Assembly: GCA_963664405.1 (NCBI GenBank)
Contig: OY761158.1
Coordinates: forward strand, 4,032,001 to 4,096,000
Length of the DNA stretch: 64,000 nucleotides
Reading direction: 5' to 3'
Source: Thermoanaerobaculia bacterium
GTDB lineage: Bacteria > Acidobacteriota > Thermoanaerobaculia > Multivoradales > Multivoraceae
Shown: positions 58,911-64,000 of the stretch, one piece after another
Numbering within the stretch: the stretch's first letter is position 1
Layout of the letters: every line of letters starts with the position of its first letter
The notes under the pieces: generated by a model
What the model was told of the DNA's origin: nothing
Databases searched by the model: none
The model's input: only the letters and a program-made list of their open reading frames with translations
Translations under genes and position numbers: made by a program

Positions 58911-60307
58911 ATGCCGCTGGAGGTCAGCACGCTCCTGATCGTGCGCAGGAGGATGTAGAAATCGAGCCAGATGCTCCAGTTGGCGATGTAGGCGAGGTCG
59001 TAGCGGACCTTGGTCTGCGGGGTCGAGAGATAGTCGCCGTGCACTTGTGCTAGGCCGGTGACTCCCGGCGTGACGCCGAAGCGTTTGGCGTAGCCGGGTA
59101 CCGAGTTCTCGAACTCGTCGGCGAAGCCTGGGCGCTCCGGCCTTGGCCCGACCAGACTCATCGTCCCTGCCAATACATTGAAGAGTTGAGGTATCTCGTC
59201 GATCCGGTAGCGGCGAAAGATGCGGCCGATGGGGGTCACACGGGGATCGTCCGGAAGAGCCATTGCCTCCCCGGTCCCCTGCTCGGCCCCAGTGCGCATG
59301 GTTCGAAGCTTGTGGATCGTGAAAGGAGCACGACTCCTACCCAGTCGAGTCTGCTGGTAGAAGATCGGGCGACCCGAAGTGATCAGCGCGGTCGCTGCGG
59401 CGAGAAGCAGAACCGGGCCGAGGAGGGCCAGGAGTCCGGTTGCGCAAACGAGGTCCATGCCTCTCTTCAGAGGCCGATTGATTCTCCACTCTGCTTCTCG
59501 CGCAACCTCGATCAGCGGGTTATCCCCGACCCAGTAGTATCGCGTTCCCGCGAGCAGGCTCTCGAAGGCACCAGGGAGGAGCCAGACGTTGCCTTTGGCC
59601 GGCGCGATGCGAGCCACTCGGTCGATGAGTCGGGTCTGCCATGGGTAGCTCTCACTGGCCAGGATGACGTCATCGATGATCCCGTCTGCGATCAGGCCGG
59701 GCGCGTCTTCCGTAGTTCCGAGTACGGGCTCGAGCTCCGACTCACCAGTCCCCTCGGACGAACCGGGTGCCCGGATGAACCCAGCTAGCTCGAGGCCGTG
59801 GTGATGATGGCTGCGAAGACTTTCCGCCATCGCCAGCGCTGTGCTTCCGCCGCCCACGATAGCGACGCGTCGGACCCGCGGTGGGTGGAGGCGGCGAAAG
59901 AGCAGGCGCCACGCAAAGAGAAGGGCGCAATTCAAGGGCACGAAGAGGACCAGGATGGAGCGGGGAAAAACCGCTTCGCGCAAGAAGTAGTAGCCCATCA
60001 GCATCAGCCCCTGGAGGCAGACGGCGGCGACCAGACGCTGGAGTAGCTCGATGCGGGCTGAAACACGGGGAGGTTCGTAAAGCGCGAAGAAGTAGAGAGC
60101 CACGACCTGCGTAGCGAGCACGAGAGTCCAGTTGTCGAGGAAGAAGCCCAGCCGATCCCCCGGAAGAAGGTGATCGGTCAGTGGGATCGGGATGTAGAGC
60201 CGGATCAGAAAGGCGAGGAGGAAAGCGCAAGGCCCGACAACGAGATCGCCGGCGACTCGTAGTCGTCTCCAACCGCGCGGGAAGAAGCCCTCTTGCGTCA
60301 TCGGCAC
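58907..60307 (-). CDS. Polyprenyl-phosphate glycosylphosphotransferase (WcaJ/WbaP-like sugar transferase)
   Basis: KRGMD, KLRTM, DDPRVT, DEIPQLFNV, SLVGPRPE, PGVTGLAQV. Confidence 0.95.
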   Translation of the reverse strand: MPMTQEGFFPRGWRRLRVAGDLVVGPCAFLLAFLIRLYIPIPLTDHLLPGDRLGFFLDNWTLVLATQVVALYFFALYEPPRVSARIELLQRLVAAVCLQGLMLMGYYFLREAVFPRSILVLFVPLNCALLFAWRLLFRRLHPPRVRRVAIVGGGSTALAMAESLRSHHHHGLELAGFIRAPGSSEGTGESELEPVLGTTEDAPGLIADGIIDDVILASESYPWQTRLIDRVARIAPAKGNVWLLPGAFESLLAGTRYYWVGDNPLIEVAREAEWRINRPLKRGMDLVCATGLLALLGPVLLLAAATALITSGRPIFYQQTRLGRSRAPFTIHKLRTMRTGAEQGTGEAMALPDDPRVTPIGRIFRRYRIDEIPQLFNVLAGTMSLVGPRPERPGFADEFENSVPGYAKRFGVTPGVTGLAQVHGDYLSTPQTKVRYDLAYIANWSIWLDFYILLRTIRSVLTSSGI

Positions 60308-60474
60308 CTAGTGTCCTGTATCAGTAGTTCCTCACACAACTCGCTGGCCCTTTTGCGCGCTGCCGTCGTTTCTCCTCCTCGCAATATTGCTCAATATACC
60401 TTCGTCGTAGCGCCTTGGCAGCACCCAAAATGACTGCGCGATTTATGCAACGAACCACTGATACAGGACACTAG
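60308..60474 (+). mobile_element. 167-bp CTAG-bounded palindromic element E4
   Basis: IR ctagtgtcctgtatcagt(a/g)gttc; inner IR ttttgcgcgctgcc/ggcagcacccaaaa; shared core. Confidence 0.87.
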
Positions 60475-60588
60475 CGTGGTTGGACTATAATTGCGGACCA
60501 ATCTGAGGCGGTGGGTGACGTCTCTCGCCAAAGGGTGTCGCTGCGTTCTCGAGTCGGTGCCCGCCGCTGCAGACCCTCAAGGCATGTC

Positions 60589-61542
60589 ATGAAAGTCATC
60601 GAGCGCTTGGCCGCAGCGAGCCGTCCACTGATCTCGTACGAGATCATTCCACCGGTGCGTGGCGGGACGCTGGGTAAGCTGCTGTCGCTGATCGAAGATC
60701 TGGTGAAGTACGAGCCGCCTTTCATCGATATCACGAGCCATGCTGCGGAGGTCAGCTACGACCAGTCGCAGGGCGCGATCCAGCGCCGGGTGAAGCGGAA
60801 GCGGCCGGGAACTCTCGGCGTCTGTGCCCTGATCCAGAACAAATATCACATCGATGCGGTCCCTCATATTCTGTGCAACGGTTTTACGCGCGAAGAGACG
60901 GAAGATGCGCTCATCGAGCTCAAGTACCTTGGCATAGAGAACGTCCTCGCGGTACGAGGCGACGATCACGGTTATCAGAAGCCGTTGCTGAACGGGCGGA
61001 CGGCCAACCGTTACGCGATCGACCTGGTTAACCAGATCGTCGATATGAACGCGGGACGCTATGTCGAGAGCAACCTCGTTGATGCCGAGCCCTCTGATTT
61101 CTGCGTTGGCATATCGGGGTATCCGGAGAAGCACTTCGAGTCGCCGAACCTCGAGAGTGACGTTGCTTGGACGAAGAAGAAGGTAGATGCCGGTGCTCAC
61201 TACATCGTCAGCCAGATGTTTTTCGAAAACCGTCACTTTTTCGAATATCTCGACGCATGTCGTGGCCTGGGGGTCGATGTGCCGATTATTCCCGGGCTCA
61301 AGATTGTGACCTCCCAGGCGCACGTCAGCTCGCTGCCCAAGACCTTTCATGTCGATCTTCCCCCTGCTCTCAGCGACGCGGTCAGCGCGGCAGAAGACAA
61401 CCGGGAGGTGCGTGAGATCGGAGTCGAGTGGGCCTTCCGGCAGGCGGAGGGTCTACTGAACCACGGCGTACCTTCGATCCACTTCTACATCCTTCAAAGC
61501 TCCGCGGCAATAAAACAGCTGATGGAGCGGTTGTCGATCTAG
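60589..61542 (+). CDS. metF: 5,10-methylenetetrahydrofolate reductase
   Basis: SYEIIPP, FIDITSH, VPHILC, LAVRGD, GYPEKH, SQMFF, IHFY. Confidence 0.93.
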   Translation: MKVIERLAAASRPLISYEIIPPVRGGTLGKLLSLIEDLVKYEPPFIDITSHAAEVSYDQSQGAIQRRVKRKRPGTLGVCALIQNKYHIDAVPHILCNGFTREETEDALIELKYLGIENVLAVRGDDHGYQKPLLNGRTANRYAIDLVNQIVDMNAGRYVESNLVDAEPSDFCVGISGYPEKHFESPNLESDVAWTKKKVDAGAHYIVSQMFFENRHFFEYLDACRGLGVDVPIIPGLKIVTSQAHVSSLPKTFHVDLPPALSDAVSAAEDNREVREIGVEWAFRQAEGLLNHGVPSIHFYILQSSAAIKQLMERLSI

Positions 61543-61791
61543 CCTACGGGAATGATTGGTATCATTCCCTCCGGCTAGAGAACATGGCGCCGAGGACGGC
61601 GCATTTTCGGGAGTTCGGGAGAAGATTAGGGATCACGTCCTCCGGGTAGAGAACATCGCGCCCCTACGGGAATGATGTGTATCACTCGCTTTGGGTAGAG
61701 AACATGGCGCCGAGGACGGCACTTTCTTGGGAGTTCGGGAGAGATTAGAGATCACGTCCTCCGGGTAGAGAATGTGGCACCGAGGACGGCG
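61543..61791 (-). repeat. About two degenerate 120-bp units (type D) sharing hairpin modules with types B and C
   Basis: ctacgggaatgat..atca at 61544 and 61664; ggcgccgaggacggc module three times; starts right after the metF CTAG. Confidence 0.88.
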
Positions 61792-61877
61792 TGTGAGAAT
61801 CCCTTAGTCACCCCTGCATCTGTCGCCTCACTTCCTCGACAACCTCGACCGGCGACGGCGAGGTAGGTAGAATAGCC

Positions 61878-64000
61878 TTGAAAGAGAGCTCCAAGTTCAG
61901 CTGCGAGATCACCAGCACCCCTCCTCACCCGGACACTGAAGAGCGTAGCGCCGCGCTGGAGTCGGCGTTCGACGAGCGCATTCTGGTGATGGACGGTGCC
62001 ACGGGTACCGCGCTCCAGGATGTCTCGCTCGGCGCCGAGGACTTTGGAGGAGCAGACCTGGAGGGCTGCAATGAGAATCTCAATGCGACTCGTCCAGACG
62101 TAGTTCTGGACGTCCATGCGCGCTATTTGAGCGCAGGCGCCGATATCGTCGAGACCAACACCTTCGGCGGCACGCCGCTCGTGCTCGATGAGTATGGGCT
62201 GGCCGACGATGCATTCGAGCTCAACCGCGTTGCATCACAGCTCGCTCGGCAGGCCTGTGTGGAGTGGGACGAGCCGGGTCGACTCCGCTTTGTGTGTGGC
62301 TCGATGGGGCCGACGACCAAGGCCATCTCGGTCACCGGAGGGGTGACCTTCGAAGAGCTTCGGGAGAACTACCGGGTTCAAGCTCTTGGGTTGATGGCCG
62401 GAGGCGCCGACTATCTCTTGCTCGAGACCTGTCAGGACACTCGCAATGTGAAGGCGGGTCTGCTCGCGATCGGCGATGCTTTCGGGGCCAGCGGGTGGAG
62501 ACTTCCGGTGGCGGTATCGGTGACGATCGAGACGATGGGCACGATGCTCGCGGGTCAGGACGCCGAGGCCCTCGCCGTTTCCCTGCTGCACGAGGATCTG
62601 CTCTATCTCGGGCTCAACTGTGCCACCGGACCCGAGCTCATGGGCGACCATCTCCGCACTTTCGCGAATCTTGCTCGAACGAGGGTCGGCTGCGTTCCGA
62701 ACGCGGGACTTCCCGACGAAGATGGCCTCTATCACGAAGGGCCAGCGGAGTTTCGTAAGGTATTCAGCCGCTTTCTCGAGGCGGGCTGGCTCAATCTGGT
62801 CGGCGGCTGCTGCGGCACGACCTCCGACCATGTGCAGATGCTAGTGGAGCTGGTGCAGGACTTTGCGCCGAGGCGTTTCGTGGAGCATCAGCGAGCCCTG
62901 ATCTCGGGTCTCGAAGCCGTCGAGCTCACCGAGGAGAACCGTCCGCTCCTGATTGGCGAGCGCACCAATGTTCTGGGTAGCCGCAAGTTTCGGGAGCTGA
63001 TTGCGGCGGGCGCCTTCGAATCTGCCGCAGAAGTCGGTCGCGCTCAGGTGCGGGGCGGAGCGCAGGTCATCGATGTCTGCCTTCAGGATCCTGATCGAGA
63101 CGAGATCGTCGACGTCGACGCTTTCTTCGAAAAGGTCACTCGACTCGTCCGAGTGCCGCTGATGATCGATTCGACGGATGACGCGGTGATGGAGCGAGCG
63201 CTGGAGTGGTGCCAGGGCAAGGCAGTCCTCAATTCGATAAACCTCGAGGATGGGCTCGAGCGCTTCGAGAAGGTCGTGCCGCTGGCACGTCGTTACGGCG
63301 CTGCGATGGTGGTCGGTCTCATCGATGAAGAAGGAATGGCCGTCACCACCGAGAGGAAGCTCGAGGTGGCTCGGCGGAGCCTGCAGATTCTGAGCGGCGA
63401 CATGGGTGTTCCACCGGAGGACATCTGGTGGGATGCGCTTGTTTTCCCCTGCGGCACCGGAGATAAGACCTACATCGGCTCGGCGGCCCGCACTATCGAG
63501 GCGGTGCGCCAGATCCGTAGCGAGATGCCGGAGACTCGGAGCATTCTGGGGGTCAGTAACGTCAGCTTCGGCCTGCCTACCGCAGGTCGTGAGGTACTGA
63601 ACTCGGTCTTTCTCTATCATTGCACCCAGGCGGGACTCGATGCTGCGATCGTCAACACGCAGAAGTTGGCGCGCTATGCCGAGATTCCCGCCGAAGAGCG
63701 TGCCTTGTCCGAGCGGCTCCTCTATCTCGAGCATGGCGACGTGGCAGGGAGCACCGAGGCGGTGGACGCGTTCGCCGCTCACTTTCGCGGACGCAAGAGC
63801 ACGGCCGTCGGCAAGCCGAGGGCGGAGCTGCCACTCGAAGAGCGACTGTCGCGCGCCATCGTCGAAGGCTCGAAGGAGGGTTTGCAAGAAGATCTGGATG
63901 GTGCTCTTGCCGACTCACGCTGGCCCGAGCCGCTTGACATCATCAACGGACCGCTGATGGTGGGGATGGCGGAGGTTGGGCGCCTTTTCAACGACAACGA
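61878..64000 (+). CDS. metH: Cobalamin-dependent methionine synthase (3'-partial; not in ORF track; start uncertain)
   Basis: RILVMDGATGT, ETNTFG, GLNCATGP, PNAGLP, GGCCGT, IGERTN, IINGPLM; frame open to window end. Confidence 0.96.
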   Translation, partial: MKESSKFSCEITSTPPHPDTEERSAALESAFDERILVMDGATGTALQDVSLGAEDFGGADLEGCNENLNATRPDVVLDVHARYLSAGADIVETNTFGGTPLVLDEYGLADDAFELNRVASQLARQACVEWDEPGRLRFVCGSMGPTTKAISVTGGVTFEELRENYRVQALGLMAGGADYLLLETCQDTRNVKAGLLAIGDAFGASGWRLPVAVSVTIETMGTMLAGQDAEALAVSLLHEDLLYLGLNCATGPELMGDHLRTFANLARTRVGCVPNAGLPDEDGLYHEGPAEFRKVFSRFLEAGWLNLVGGCCGTTSDHVQMLVELVQDFAPRRFVEHQRALISGLEAVELTEENRPLLIGERTNVLGSRKFRELIAAGAFESAAEVGRAQVRGGAQVIDVCLQDPDRDEIVDVDAFFEKVTRLVRVPLMIDSTDDAVMERALEWCQGKAVLNSINLEDGLERFEKVVPLARRYGAAMVVGLIDEEGMAVTTERKLEVARRSLQILSGDMGVPPEDIWWDALVFPCGTGDKTYIGSAARTIEAVRQIRSEMPETRSILGVSNVSFGLPTAGREVLNSVFLYHCTQAGLDAAIVNTQKLARYAEIPAEERALSERLLYLEHGDVAGSTEAVDAFAAHFRGRKSTAVGKPRAELPLEERLSRAIVEGSKEGLQEDLDGALADSRWPEPLDIINGPLMVGMAEVGRLFNDN

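Noticed and set aside
61792-61877. SAM or cobalamin riboswitch before metH
   Set aside because: No recognisable consensus, and most of the intergenic space is the type-D repeat
1-64000. TAG stop-codon reassignment
   Set aside because: Recognisable proteins end at TAG where homologues end, and no in-frame TAG interrupts a conserved domain

Overview
GC-rich bacterial chromosomal window; gene content and order (accB-accC-thiE, tRNA-Val-thrS, short PheT, zapA-6S-rny) suggest Acidobacteriota, which is an inference. It holds mostly housekeeping operons: secDF-rel; pilMNOPQ followed by three lipoproteins; accBC with a ThiE-AroK fusion; a complete ccm (System I) cluster; an ECF sigma/anti-sigma pair; proS; two tRNA-Val; thrS-rpmI-rplT-pheST with infC absent; zapA-6S RNA-rny; ispA-tlyA-nadK; sat-cysC with glycan-related genes; and metF-metH. 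pilQ is interrupted twice, by a 479-bp non-coding inverted-repeat element and by a 3390-bp four-gene IS21-like element, and removing both restores one ~851-aa frame. The most striking non-gene signal is a dense population of small elements at gene boundaries. One group is four 166-168-bp CTAG-bounded palindromes with unrelated arms but a shared core, plus a 29-bp possible remnant. The other is five modular REP/BIME-like arrays built from shared hairpin modules. All calls are from motif recognition by eye; no searches were run.
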